DNA of 64,000 nucleotides from Squalus acanthias. Taxonomy: Eukaryota. Positions 9,722-23,191 of the stretch are shown in pieces. Every line of letters begins with the position of its first letter. Within the stretch, counting starts at the first letter, position 1. The stretch is taken from NCBI GenBank assembly GCA_030390025.1, contig CM059432.1:141238001-141302000 (forward strand), read 5' to 3'. The notes beneath the pieces were generated by a model. That model had not been told where the DNA came from. It searched no databases and saw only the letters and a list, made by a program, of their open reading frames with translations. Made by a program: the position numbers and the translations under genes.

Positions 9722-12473
9722 AATTCAGAAAGGATAGAATAAAAGGAAAAGGGGGTGGGGTAGCATTGCTGGTTAAAGAGGAGATTAATGCAATAGCTAG
9801 GAAGGACATCAGCTTGGAGGATGTCGAATCAATATGGGTTGAGCTGCAGAACACCAAAGGGCAGAAAACGTTAGTGGGAGTTGTGTACAGACCTCCAAAC
9901 AGCAGTGGTGAGGTGGGGGAGGGTATGAAACAGGAAATCAGAGGTGCGTGCAAAAAAGGCACGGCAGTTATCATGGGTGACTTTAATATGCATATAGATT
10001 GGGCTACTCAAACTGGAAGCAATACGGTGGAAGAGGATTTCCTGGAGTGTTTAAGGGATGGTTTCCTAAACCAATATGTTGAGGAACCAACTCGAGGGGA
10101 GGCCATCCTGGACTGGGTGTTGTGTAATGAGGAAGGACTAATCAGCAATCTTGTGGTACGAGGCCCCCTGGGGAAGAGTGACCATAGTATGGTGGAGTTC
10201 TACATTAGGATGGAGAAGGAAACAGTTAAGTCAGAGACCATGGTCCAGAACTTAAATAAGGGCAACTTTGAGGGTATGAGGCGTGAATTGGCGAGGTTAA
10301 ATTGGCAAGCGATATTTAAGGGGCTATCAGTGGAAGGGCAATGGCAGACATTTAGAGATCGCATGGATGAACTACAACAATTGTACATCCCGGTCTGGCG
10401 TAAAAATAAAAAAGGGAAGGTGGCTCAACCATGGCTAACAAGGGAAATCAGGGATAGTATTAAAACCAAGGAAGTTGCATACAAATTGGCCAGAAGTAGC
10501 AGCAAACCCGGGGACTGGGAGAACTTCAAAACTCAGCAAAGGAGGACGAAGGGTTTGATTAGGGCAGGGAAAATAAAATATGAAAGGAAGCTTGCAGAGA
10601 ACATTAAAATGGACTGCAAAAGCTTCTATAAATATGTAAAAAGAAAGAGGTTAGTAAAAACAAACGTAGGTCCCCTGCAGTCGGAAACAGGGCAAGTCGT
10701 AATGGGGAACAAGGAAATGGCAGATCAATTGAACAAGTACTTTGGTTCGGTGTTTACTGTGGAGGACACACACAACCTGCCGGAAATAAAAGGGGTCAGA
10801 GGATCTGGTAAGAGGGAGGAGCTGAGGGAAATCCTTATTAGTCGGGAAAAGGTATTGGGGAAATTGATGGGACTGAAGGCTGAAAAATCCCCGGGGCCTG
10901 ATGGTCTGCATCCCAGAGTACTTAAGGAGGTGGCCTTGGAAATAGTGGATGCATTGACGATCATTTTCCAACATTCCTTAGACTCAGGATCAGTTCCGAT
11001 GGAGTGGAGGGTGGCCAATGTAACCCCTCTTTTTAAAAAAGGAGGGAGGGAGAAAGCAGGGAATTATAGACCGGTCAGCCTGACATCGGTCGTGGGTAAA
11101 ATGATGGAAGCAATTATTAAAGATGTCATAACAGACCATTTGGAAAGTGGCGACATGATAGGTCCAAGTCAGCATGGATTTGTGAAAGGGAAATCATGCT
11201 TGACAAATCTTCTGGAATTTTTTGAGGATGTTTCCAATAGGGTGGACAGGGGGGAACCAGTAGATGTGGTGTATTTGGACTTTCAGAAGGCCTTCGGCAA
11301 GGTCCCACACAAGAGATTGGTGAGCAAAATTAAAGCACATGGGATTGGGGGTAATGTGTTGACGTGGATTGAGAACTGGTTGGCACACAGGAAACAAAGA
11401 GTAGGAGTAAATGGGTACTTTTCAGAATGGCAGGCAGTGACCAGCGGGGTACCGCAGGGTTCGGTGCTGGGACCCCAGCTGTTTACATTATATATTAATG
11501 ATTTGGACGAAGGGATTAAATGTAATATCTCCAAATTTGCGGATGACACTAAATTGGGAGGCAGTGTGAACAATGAGGAGGATGCTAGGAGGCTACAGAG
11601 TGACTTGGACAGGTTGGGTGAATGGGCAAATGTATGGCAGATGAAGTACAATGTGGATAAATGTGAGGTTATCCACTTTGGTGGTAAAAATAGAGAGGCG
11701 GACTATTACCTGAATGGTGGCAGATTAGGGAAAGGGGAGGTGCAACGAGACCTGGGCATCATGGTACATCAGTCACTGAAGGTGGGAATGCAAGTGCAGC
11801 AGGCAGTCAAGAAAGCAAACGGAATGATGGCCTTCATAGTAAGGGGATTTGAGTACAGGAGTAGGGAGGTGATGCTGCAGTTGTACAGGGCCTTGGTGAG
11901 GCCACACCTGGAGTATTGTGCGCAGTTTTGGTCTCCTAACTTAAGGAAGGACATTCTTGCTATTGAGGGAGTGCAGCGAAGGTTCACTAGATTGATTCCT
12001 GGGATGGCCGGACTGACATATCAAGAAAGATTGGGTCAACTGAACTTGTATCCTCTGGAGTTCAGAAGAATGAGGGGGGATCTTATAGAGACATTTAAAA
12101 TCCTGACTGGTTTAGACAAATTAGATGCGGGCAGAATGTTCCCAATGTTAGGGAAAACTAGAACCAGGGGTCACAGTCTAAGGATTAAGGGGAAGCCATT
12201 TAAGACTGAGCTGAGGAGGAACTTCTTCACCCAGAGAGTGGTGAATCTATGGAATTCTCTTCCACAAAAGGTTGTTGAGGCCAGTTCGCTAAATATATTC
12301 AAAAGGGAGTTAGATATAACACTCACAACTAGGGGGATCAAGGGGTATGGCGAGAAAGCAGGAATGGGGTACTGAGGTAGCATGTTCAGCCATGAACGCA
12401 TTGAATGGCGGTGCAGGCTCGAAGGACCGAATGGTCTACTCCTGTACCTATTTTCTATGTTTCTATGTTTCTA
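9722..12473 (+). mobile_element. Young 5'-truncated CR1 LINE; open ORF2 fragment 9766-12375 (partial AP endonuclease plus reverse transcriptase)
   Basis: GDFN and SDH (APE); NYRPVSLTS, GVPQGSVLGP, FADD (RT); (ttctatgt)n tail. Confidence 0.95.
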
Positions 12474-12616
12474 TAATAAAGAAAGGAGAAGAATCAGGGA
12501 TTGCACTGGGGGGCATTCGGAGAGTACACCAGGATGCTCAGCACATACAGTGGAAATTTAATGCCAGGCCTTTGAAGAGAGAACACAGAGAGAAAGAGAA
12601 AGAGCAAGTACCTTTC

Positions 12617-12930
12617 ACCAGCACCTCCCAAACCCGCGACCTCTTCCACCTAGAAGGACAAGGGCAGCAGGCGCATGGGAACACCACCACCTCCAAGTTC
12701 CCCTCCAAGTCACACATCATCCTGACTTAGAAGTATATCGCTGATCCTTCATCGTCGCTGGGTCAAAATCCTGGAACTCCCTACCTAACAGCACTGTGGG
12801 AGTACCTTCACCACACGGACTGCAGCGATTCAAGAAGGCGGCTCACCACCACCTTCCCAAGGGCAACTAGGGATGGGCAATGAATGCTGGCCTTGCCAGC
12901 GACGCCCAGATCTCATAAGCGAATAAAAAA
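12617..12930 (+). mobile_element. 3' end of a further CR1/L2-group LINE family (also about 21543-21720 and 27783-28275)
   Basis: Shared sequence cttcatcgtcgctgggtcaaaatcctggaactccct; the longer copy encodes KLDTVQDKAACLI...SWNSLP; exact clade not assigned. Confidence 0.65.
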
Positions 12931-13632
12931 AAAGACAGACAGATAAGACAATCAAAGGTCACAAAATTAGAGGAGGTCATAAATTCATCAGATCTATGAC
13001 CTACCAGGCTCTCTGGGACACGAGCCTCCTCCCGCCCCTCTTCATCGAACCCCATCAACACGTCCTTCTATTCCTTTCTCCTTCATATACTTATCTAGCT
13101 TCCCCTTAAATGCATCTATGCTATTCGCCTCAACCACTCCTTATGGTAGCGAGTTCCACATTCTCACCACTCTCTGGATATTGGACTTATTGGTGACTAT
13201 TTTAGACTCCCCCACAAGTGGAAACATCTTCTCTACGTCCACCCTATCAAACTCTTTCATAATTTTGAAGACCTCTAGCAGGTCCCAGCCTGTTCACTCT
13301 TTCCTGATAGTTGTATAACAAACTGTGTAACAAACTACAAATCCTGTATATAACTTCACCGCCGCAATATAAAACCACATCTTTGTAAGGCCAAATAGGC
13401 AAACCACACACTTCTCCGCCTCCATGAATCCTCTATGTTCAAATGATAATCCATCACAGTTTCCTACTCTAGCTCCTTTCCTTCCCCCCTACAATCAAAA
13501 GGCTTTTAAAACCCAATCATCCAATTGGTAGATCTCAATTTACCACATCTCCTCTTTAAAACAGTGGTGGTCTCCTCCACTATGACCCTTGGCTGTTCAG
13601 CAAGATGGCTTGACCATTTGAAAAAGGCAGGA

Positions 13633-13985
13633 ACAACAATAACAACTTGTATTTATATAGTGTCTTTAACGTAAGAGTGTTATTAAACAAAATTTGACAC
13701 CGAGCCACATAAGGAGACATTAGGGCAGATGACCAAAAGCTTGGTCAAAGAGGTAGGTTTTAAGGAGTGTCTTAAAGGAGGAGAGAGAGAGAGATAGAGA
13801 GGCGGAGAGGTTTAGGGAGGAAATTCCAGTGCTTAGGGCCCAGGCAGCTGAAGGCACGGCCGCCAATGGTGGAATAATTAAAATCGGGGATGCGCAAGAG
13901 GCCAGAATTGAAGGAGCGCAGAGAGCCCGGAGGGTTGTAGCACTGGAGGAGGTTACAGAGGTAGGGAGGGGAGAGGCCAAGAAGG
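13633..13985 (-). mobile_element. L2 3' fragment
   Basis: PPYLCNLLQ...IGGRAFS peptide; (caa)n tail on plus strand. Confidence 0.75.
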
Positions 13986-14087
13986 CTGGCCATAGTAAAT
14001 GATAAAGTGTCCTGGTCTTGATCAGTAAACATGCAGGTCATACAGAGAGCTTCTTTTTAAAATCTCAGTTCCAGTTTTGACATCTAC

Positions 14088-14226
14088 CTGGTTGGCTGCG
14101 ATAGAAGAGCATCTTTGTGAAGTCTAAAACAGGGAAAGCTATTGAGCGAGCCTGACTCCAGCGATACCCCTTGAACAGAAGCATACTCCTTCTCGATCAG
14201 CCCAAACATCTCCATCATTCTAAACC
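14088..14226 (-). CDS. COL14A1: COL14A1 exon, TSPN start: (G)[45 protein letters not shown]
   Basis: 139 nt, gcag|GG...AG|gtagat, phase 1-2. Confidence 0.95.
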
Positions 14227-14899
14227 CTGCAAGTACAATCAATTGAATTTTCAGATCATGGTATGAAATGTCTCCCAACAATTCTCCTGCTAGTCGGAAA
14301 ATAAAAGAAAACGTTTTTTTTCTCTGGTAGTTTTATGCGACCCTTCCATTTCGTTTTTTACGTGTGTTTTTCTGCCTCTCACCATCTGCCAGGCCCTGTG
14401 CGTATCACTGGGTGGTCTTCAATGACTGAGAGAGTAGGAAAACCAGGGGCTGTTAGGCCTATACTGTTCTCAAGTGAGGACACAAGAAGGTTCACGAGAA
14501 TGCCCCAGTTTGACTCACTCTTGCCTGCCTTCCAGTCAGTGCCTCCTCTTCCCACACAAGTAAAATGAGAAATTAAAAGCATGGGTAATCACGGGTCTGA
14601 ACCCTGCCGATATGATTGCCAACGTATGGGACCGGCAGGCAAGGGCAGTTTGTGTGTCACTGGGTGGCACTTCATAGAATTTTACAGCGTAGAATGAGGC
14701 TATTTCGGCCCAACGAGCCTGTGCCGGCTCTTTGAAAGAGCTGTCCAATTAGTCCCACTCCCCCTGCTCTTTCCCCCATAGCCCTGCAAATGTTTCCTTT
14801 TCAAGTATTTATCCAATTCCCTTTTTGAAAGTTACGATTGAATCGGCTTCCTCCGCCCTTTCAGGCAGTGCGTTCCAGATCGTAACACTCTGGGTAGCA

Positions 14900-15350
14900 G
14901 AGAGGGTAGCACTCTCGACTCCGTGTTAGAAGGTCATCGGTTCAAGTCCCACTCTGGAGACTTGAACACATAATCTAGGCCGACACTCCCGGTGCAGTAC
15001 TAAGGGAGTGTTGCACTGTCGGAGGTGGCGTCTTTCAGATGAGATATTAAACTGAAGCCCCCCGTCTGCTCCCTCAGGTGGGTGTTAAAGATCCCATGGT
15101 ACTATTTTCGAAGAAGAGCAGGGGAGTTCTCCCTGTTGTCCTGCCCAATATTCATCCCTCAACCGACATCACTGAAAAACAGATTATCTGGTCATTATCA
15201 CATTGCTGTGTGTGGGAGCTTGCTATGCGCAAATTGGCTGCCGCATTTCCTACATTACAACAGTGACTACACTTCAAAAGTGCTTCATTGCCTGTAAAGT
15301 GCTTTGGGATGTCCTGAGCTAGTGGAAGATGCTAGATAAAGGCAAGTCTT
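14900..15350 (+). mobile_element. Deu-domain SINE
   Basis: Recurring SINE unit. Confidence 0.8.
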
Positions 15351-15828
15351 CCTTTTTCACTGGGAAATCTATGCGTGAGAAACCAAATTGCTCAAGCACT
15401 GATAGGCCTGGTCTTCCATTGGGATTGGCACCTCAGCCTGTGGTGAATCATTAGAAGTCAATAGCCGAGGTATTTCTTTCTTGCTCTGCTGATGTTAACA
15501 GATTAGATTTTCCTTTCCTAAACTTGGATTGGCTTTAGATGCGCAGTTTAATAAAAATAATTTTTCCTTAATTGTACAAACAAAGGAAAGTACATCCTTA
15601 GAACTATTGATGGCTTTATTTACTGCCATGGAGATTCTATTGCAGTGTGATTGTTTCCAAATGGCTGATATGCAGCTAAGCAGAGAAGCATCCATTCAAA
15701 TTGAAATTATTCTAACAATCCTGTGCCTGTTCTCACCGGATAATCAGCACAAACTCGGCAAAGCAACATTTTAAAGTGTTCCCCTGCACTTTTTCAACAA
15801 ATGGTGAAATATGTGGCGACTCCTTTAC

Positions 15829-15867
15829 CTGCAAGACTGTTATCTCCAAGGAGGACCAGTGGACAAG
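15829..15867 (-). CDS. COL14A1: COL14A1 39-nt mini-exon: (T)CPLVLLGDNSLA(G)
   Basis: ttcag|CT...G|gtaaag, phase 1-1; supplies the TCP...LAG linker between VWA2 and TSPN. Confidence 0.87.
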
Positions 15868-16229
15868 CTGAAATTATAACAATTAAAATCACGTTAATAT
15901 CTGGATGTGATTCCATTTTCCGAATTCAAATGCAACAGTGACTACACTTCAAAAAAAAAATGCTTCATTGGCTTTGGGACATCCTGAGGTTGTGAAAGGC
16001 GTTATATAAATGCAAATCTTTCTTTCAATTTTTTCTTTCTTTATGGGTAGCCCACCTGTAACTAGGCGGAATGGCACGTGGCACCTCCAGAAACCGCGCT
16101 TATACGGCTGATCACTGGAAACACTGGGAAAAACCATGAGTGAATCTCTGCAAACAGCAGCATTTAACCTGCAGTGCTGCTGCCAATGTTGGAGATGCCA
16201 TTAGCGTGTGACTGACAATAATACAAACA

Positions 16230-17560
16230 GTAATCAGGGACAAAATTAACAGTCACTTGGATAGGTGTGGATTAATTAAGGAAAGTCAGCACGGATTTGT
16301 TAAAGGCAAATTGTGTTTAACCAACTTGATTGAGTTCTTTGATAAGGTAACAGAGAGGGTTGATGAGGGTAATGCGGTTGACGTAGCGTACATGGATTTC
16401 CAAAAGGCGTTCGACAAAGTGCCACATAATAGGCTTGCCAGCAAAGTTGAAGCCCATGGAATAAAAGGGACAGCGGCAGCATGGATACGAAATTGGTTAA
16501 GTCACAGGAAACAGAGAGTAGTGGTGAACGGTTGTTTTTCGGACTGGAGGAAGGTACACAGTGGTGTTCCCCAGGGGTCGGTACTAGGACCACTGCTTTT
16601 CTTGATGTTTATTAATGACTTGGACGTGGGTGTACAGGGCACAATTTCAAAATTTGCAGATGACACAAAACTTGGAAGTATAGTGAACAGTGAGGAGGAG
16701 AGTGATAGACTTCAGGAAGACATAGACAGGCTGGTGAAATGGGCAAACACGTGGCAGATGAAATTTAACACAGAAAATGCGAAGTGATACATTTTGGTAG
16801 AAAGAATGAGGAGAGGAAATATAAACTAAATGGTACAATCCTAAAGGGGGTGTACGAACAGAGAGACCTGGGGGTATGTGTGCACAAATCGTTGAAGGTG
16901 GCAGGGCAGGTTGAAAAAGCAGTTAAAAAGGCTTACGGGATCCTGGGCTTCATGAATAGAGGCACAGAGTACAAAAGTGTGGCAATTATGATGAACCTGT
17001 ATAAAACACTGGTTCGGCCCCAACTGGAGTATTGTGTCCAATTCTGGGCACCACACTTTAGGAAGGATGTGAAGGCCTTAGAGAGGGTGCAGAAAAGATT
17101 TACGAGAATGATTCCAGGAATGAGGGACTTCAGTTACGTTGATAGACTGGAGAAGCTGGGGTTGTTCTCCTTGGAGCAGAGAAGATTGAGAGGAGATTTG
17201 ATAGAGGTGTTCAAAATCATGAGGGGTCTGGACAGAGTAGATAGAGAGAAACTGTTTCCATTGGCAGAAGGGTCGAGAACCAGAGGACACAGATTTAAGG
17301 TGTTTGGCAAAAGAGCCAAAGGTGACGTAAGAAAAAGCTTTTTTACGCAGTGAATGGTTAGGATCTGGAATGCACTGCCTGAAAGGGTGGTGGAGGCAGA
17401 CTCAATCCCAACTTTCAAAAGGGAGTTGGATAACTACCTGAAGGAAAAAAATTTGCAGGGCTACGGGGAAAGGGCGGGGGAGTGGAACTAGCTGAGAGTC
17501 GGGACGGGCTCGACGGGCCGAATGGCCTTCTTCCGTGCTGTAACCATTCTATGATTCTAT
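16230..17560 (+). mobile_element. CR1 LINE, truncated RT with frameshift near 16782 and stop at 17351
   Basis: ORFs 16257-16787 and 16784-17353 carry QHGF, DFQKAFDKV, PQGSVLGP, FADD; (attctatg)n tail. Confidence 0.92.
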
Positions 17561-18194
17561 GTGTGCACTATCAAATCTGGAGCAAATTAGGTTTCGGTCA
17601 CAAGGCATATCGAATGGTGTTCAGCCCGTTTCCTTCTGAAGTATCTCTTTACATGCAAGGAATAATGAAACCATAAACCTACATCGTGCGTTGTTTTATT
17701 CGAAGAGCTGGAATGGGAAACGTCGCCTAGAAATCGGAGAGTGCGGCCAATGAGACCGACGGTGAGGACCCACGGTGAACCGGACCACTGGCAGCTCGCC
17801 GGCTGAGCAGCCGAAGAAACTGACCATTTGCTGACTGACTTCTTAAAGGGGACTGAAAGGGATGCCGGGCACCCAATTTTCACGTGCAACGGGCCTAACA
17901 CCGGCTTCAGACGTATGCCCCGGACTCCTACGGAGCAGCCACTGACCAATATGGCGGGCGGCGCACTTCCGGCACAGAACGAGAGCGCGCTGGCCGCCAT
18001 ATTGGCCGTGAGGTGCCCTGTAAAAGGGGCGAACAGCACCATCACGTTCCATGGCCCGCGTCTATCAGAATAGATTCACGTTCGTAAACATGGTGACACC
18101 GCAAGTGGTGGCGGCAGAGCTCTCTGGGTTTCAGGATTATTGTCTGACAGCAGATCTTAACAAATCAATGTAACAGCGGTGGTGTTTTTGTTAC

Positions 18195-19350
18195 CTCCAG
18201 ACTTGACTATTCCAACGTTCTCCTGACCGGCCTCCCATCTTCCACCCTGAATAACCTTAAACTCATCCAAAACTCTGCTGCCCCGTATCCTAAGTCCCGT
18301 TCACCCATCACCCCCCCTGTGCCTGATGACCTACTGGGCCGGCCTTACAGGTGGGTAACATGGGCGCTGTGGTCAGGGGGTCGCCGTGGTCAAGAGGGTC
18401 TGACATTAACGGCGTCGACCTCTGCGAAGAACTTGGCGATCTCCAAAGTCTGCTTCCAACAGACCGTAGTGTTCGTCAAGAAGAGCAAACTTCAAGTTTC
18501 AAGAGCAAGTTCCCAGACACATGGACAGCACTCAGGATCCTGTTAACCATGTCTGTATCGATGGCGAACAGCGAATGGAGCTTCTCGAAGTTGAAGCTCA
18601 TAAAAACATATTTGTGACTGGAGCACAACAGGCTATCTTCACTGGCCATCCTGTCTATCGAGAATGATGTGGTTCAAAATATCTTGGTAAATAATTTTTT
18701 TATTTGTTATTGTTATTTATTACTTTAGTGTTTAATTTAATGTTTAGTTTATTTGTCACTTAGCTATAATATAATTTTTTATGACTTATATTGTTTATTA
18801 TTTAAATTATAAAAAAACTTTGAGATTACAGCTTTATTTCTGAAACTTGCGCTAATACTACTACATCCTTAAACTCAAAGAAAGGCGGCAAAATACAAGT
18901 TCACCAGGGTGCCACATTCCCTAAGGCCGACCCTGATGACCTACATTCGATCCCGGTTAAGCAACGCCTCGATTTTAAAATTCTCATCCTTGTTTTCAAA
19001 TCCCTCCATGGCCTCGCCCCCTCCCTATCTCTGTAATCTCCTCCAGCCCCACAATCTTCTGGGATCTCTGCGCTCCTCTAATTCTGGCCTCTTGCGCATC
19101 CCCGATTTTAATCTCTCCACCATTGGCGGCCGTGTCTTCAGCTACCTAGGCCCTAAACTTTGGAAATCCCTCCCTAAACCTCTCCGCCTCTCTCTCCTCC
19201 TTTAAGAGGCTCCTTAAAACCTACCTCTTCCTTCCTAATATCTCATTATGTGGTTTGTGTCAAATTTTGTTTGATAATCGCTCCTGTGAAGCGCCTTGGG
19301 ACGTTTGACTACGTTAAAGGCGCTATATAAATGCAAGTTGTTGTCGTTGC
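18195..19350 (+). mobile_element. L2 3' fragment split by a hAT insertion
   Basis: RLDYSN...LKLIQNSAA-like start; resumes after the TSD; (ttg)n tail. Confidence 0.78.
18334..18935 (+). mobile_element. Internally deleted hAT DNA transposon retaining the C-terminal dimerisation domain
   Basis: TIR ctgggccggcctta / taaggccgaccctg; perfect 8-bp TSD atgaccta (18326-18333, 18936-18943); peptide FPDTWTALRILLTMSVSMANSEWSFSKLKLIKTYL. Confidence 0.9.
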
Positions 19351-19376
19351 TGAAACACCAAGTCGTTGTGACTTAC

Positions 19377-19541
19377 TTGCAGACGCCGTCTCACAGACAA
19401 AAGTAATGAGCTCATCTTCTATCTTCTTGAAGGCGTCGAAATCATCCACGAAGAACGCATGCCTGTTGCTGGGTTTATTCGCAATGTTGATAAGCTCCGC
19501 ATAATCAGCGTCAGCAACACCTACTGCAAAGATACTGTACC
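19377..19541 (-). CDS. COL14A1: COL14A1 exon, end of VWA2: (G)[54 protein letters not shown]
   Basis: 165 nt, ccag|GG...A|gtaagt, phase 1-1. Confidence 0.95.
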
Positions 19542-20823
19542 CTGGAGCAGAAACCACAATATGTGTCAGTCCTATATATTTATGTAAGTGCTGAACGGCA
19601 AAAATGGTTCATTCGCACCTTCCTAGTATTGACCTTGTAAGTGTAGAGAGCGCCGTCAATACTGCCGTGAGGTATACGTCTATATAATGTATACACCACG
19701 ATTTTAGGGGACTTTAATCTTAATCTCTTTACAATATTGTTGGTGCTCGTCTCAGTGTCTTTACATATTATTACATCGAGTCTACAGCACAGAAACAGGC
19801 CATTCGGCCCAGCTGATCTATGCCGGTGTTTATACTCCACACGAGCCTCCTCCCACCCCTACTTCATCTCACCCTATCAACATTTCCTTCTATTCCCTTC
19901 ACCCTCATGTGTTTATCGAGCTTCCCCTCGAATGCATCTATGCTATTTGCCTCATCCACTCCTTGTGGTAGCGAGTTCCACATTCTCACCACTCTCTTGG
20001 AACCGCAGTCCTTATGGAAGGTAAATTAACAATTAGTTTGTATCGTAGCTGATCGAACAGAACAGTCGCCACTTGTGCCTTTCCGCTCTTTTATCCGTGA
20101 CCCTCAGCAGCCTTGTTACTTACTCCCTGTGCCTGTGAAACAGTTTCTCTCTATCTACCCTATCATATCCTTTAATCATCTCAAACACCTCAATTAAATC
20201 ACCCCTTGATCCTCTATATTTGAGGGAATGCGAGCCTAGTCTAAGCACCCAGCTCCCGCGGCACTATTGGAAGAAAAGCAAAGTGTTCTTCTGCTGACTC
20301 GCCCAACATAATAGGAGCAAGAGTAGGCCATTTGGCCCTTCGAGCCTGCTCCACCATTCAATAAGATCATGGCTGATCTTCGACCTCAACTCCACTTTCC
20401 CGCCCGATCCCCATATCCTTTGATTCCCTTAGTGGCCAAAAATCTATCGCTCTTAGTCTTGAATATGACTGAGCATCCAGAGCCCTCTAGGGTAAAGAAT
20501 TCCAAAGATTCACAACCCTCATCTCAGTCCTAAATGGCCGACCCCTTATCCTGAGACTATGACCCCTGGTTCTAGACTCTCCAGCCAGGAGAAACATCCT
20601 CCCAGCATCTACCCTGTCAAATCCTCTAAGAATTTTGTACGTTTCAATGAGATCACCTCTCATTCTTTTAAACGTCCATCGCTCAAGCAAACTCGCCACT
20701 GAGCCAAGCCCATGCCTAAACAAATATACACACTTCTTGCCACTAAGAGTACGGTGCAGAGGAGATAGGCACCTCAGAGCGATGCATCTACCACAGCTTT
20801 CCAGAACTACTTCTCTCCATTAC

Positions 20824-20967
20824 CATCAAGCTGCATCTCTTTGGAAATCTTGTCAATGTCATCCTGCGATCGACCATCCGTAATTACCACCAGGACTTTA
20901 GGAATGCCTCTCCGTAGTCCTGCCTCCACAGTGAAGATGAAATCTCTGGCATGTTTGATAGCTCTGC
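20824..20967 (-). CDS. COL14A1: COL14A1 exon, VWA2: (G)[47 protein letters not shown]
   Basis: 144 nt, ttcag|GC...G|gtaatg, phase 1-1; VITDGRSQD motif. Confidence 0.95.
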
Positions 20968-22568
20968 CTGAATTCATTAAAAGGAACAAGCGCATGGCAG
21001 GTTAATCAGGCATAGAAATAAAACCACAAACATTAGAAATCGGGAGTTAAATTTAAAAATTCTGGAAATGCACAATGGATCAGTCAGCACATAAAAATAG
21101 AATTATAGAATCATAGAATGGTTACAGCACCGAAAGAGGCCATTCGGCCCGTCGAGCCCGTGCCGGCTCTCTGCAAGAGCACTTCAGCTAGTCCCACTCC
21201 CCCGCCCTTTCACCATAGCTCTGCAATATTCTTTCCTTCAGGTACTTATCCAACTCCCTTTTGAAAGCCACGATTGAATCTGCCTCCACCACCCTTTCAG
21301 GCAGTGCATTCCAGATCCTAACCACTCGCTGCATAAAAAAGTTTTCACTCATGTCCTCAAAAGAGAACAAAATACAAATTTTGGCTGTAACCCTTTAACC
21401 TCTCTGCCTTGTACCCCTCAGTACCACACTCTGAGGAATCAGGGGAACTATCTTGCTCCAAGTTCGAGCACGGGCACAAGATTACTTTCTATGCATGTTT
21501 TGAGTGCACGTGGAGTGAGGAAAGAATTTGCTTTCCTGTACTATCGTCACTGGGTCAAAATCCTGGAACTCCCTCGCTAACAGCACTGTGGGAGCACCTT
21601 CACCACACGGACTGCAGCAGTTCAAGAAGGCGGCTCACCACCACCTTCTCAAGGGCAATTAGGAACCGGCAATAAATGCTGGCCTTGCCAGAGATGCCCA
21701 CATCCCATGAATGAATTTTTAAAAATGACCAATTCTTTTATTGCCCTGCCCACGAAAATCACAGTGGTGAAGAACCCTGGTTTAAATTTAGACAGGAGGA
21801 CCATTTAGGGGGTGGAATCACTAGCCACACATTTCGAAGCTGGCACGGAATCACATTCGGGCAGACCTCAAGCAGTCAGTGAGCTGGACTTTCTTTTGGG
21901 AAATCTTCGTTTGCCTATCGCCCCATTTCCCGGTATTAATAGATTGGTAAGAATATGAAAATCTGACTCATGTTCTCATGTTTTGTAGCAAGATATTTGG
22001 AAATGGTATGGAACATAGGAACAGGAGGAGGCCATTCAGCCGCTCGAGCCTGTTCCGCCATTCAATTAGACCGTGGCTGATCTGTATCTTAGCTCCATCT
22101 ACCTGCCTTGGTTCCGTAACCCTTGCCTAACAAAAATTTATCAATTTTGATTTAAATTGTATGATTTAGCAGCGAATTAAACAAAGGCAAGTACACTAAC
22201 ATCACCTCTTCCAACAACTATTCATCCACTGCAATTCATCACAGTATTTGAAATTATCCGTGGGGGCAGGGTTCACATTAACTTCATTTGTCATCCAACT
22301 TTGCTAGCTGTTTCTGCCAGTTGTATTTCCCTCCAGATGTATCTTAATTCTCATATTTCCCATCCTGGCTGTTTAAAGATAATGAAGTAGAACAGCAGAC
22401 ATGATTACTTCTGAAGTTTTAAAGGATTATTCTGGTGCTTTATTGGAAAAGGAAATTGGTGATTTGTTGCAGGAAGCAAGTCTTTTGACGATAAACGATT
22501 GACTCTTCTTTACTGGATAGCGACTCTCCCCTCTCTGCATTATCATTCATAACAACATAAGAACATAA

Positions 22569-23191
22569 AGGGTAAAAATTCGGTTGCTTTGCGCCTCCCG
22601 TTAGCGCCTTAAGAGGGCGCTAACGGGACACAAAGCAACGAGCACCTGGGCGCGGTGCCGCCCACACCTCCTGCAAAATTCAGCAGGAGGTTAGCGGGGG
22701 CGCTAACCAGTAACGCCCCGCGGTGCTGCGCCGCCGGCGATGACGCCATCGCCATGCGCAGTGCCCCGCTCGCGCCCCGGCCGCAATCTTCAGGAGCGCC
22801 CCCTGACTTACCGCCGGGGTCAGGGGGGCCTACCTGCGGCCGGGGAGGCGCTATTTAAAGGCGAGGTGTGGGACGGCCATTTTTGTTGCTGGCCGCCTGC
22901 CAGCACCTGCCTGCGCTCCCGTCGCCGGCCTCCTGAACCCCCCACCCCCCACCCCGCGGAGTGCCAGCTGCGCTCCAAGAGCCCGGCACTTCTCTTGAGT
23001 GCCGGGCTCTTTTGCCGGCACTCCCGATCCCCGGGGGCCCAGCTGGGCCCCAGGTCGCGCTGCGCAAGGCCCCTCTCTTTTAAGAAGGGGAGGAAGGCCT
23101 GCAATACCATGGCGCGACGTGCCGCAGTACCTAGCACCGCGATATTCCCTCGCAGTGCTCCAAGAGGGAGGCGCTACTCAATTTTTAGCCC
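22569..23191. mobile_element. GC-rich PIF/Harbinger-type MITE inserted in a CR1 tail (same family as 53327-54056)
   Basis: TIR agggtaaaaatt / aatttttagccc; TAA duplicated at 22566-22568 and 23192-23194. Confidence 0.82.
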
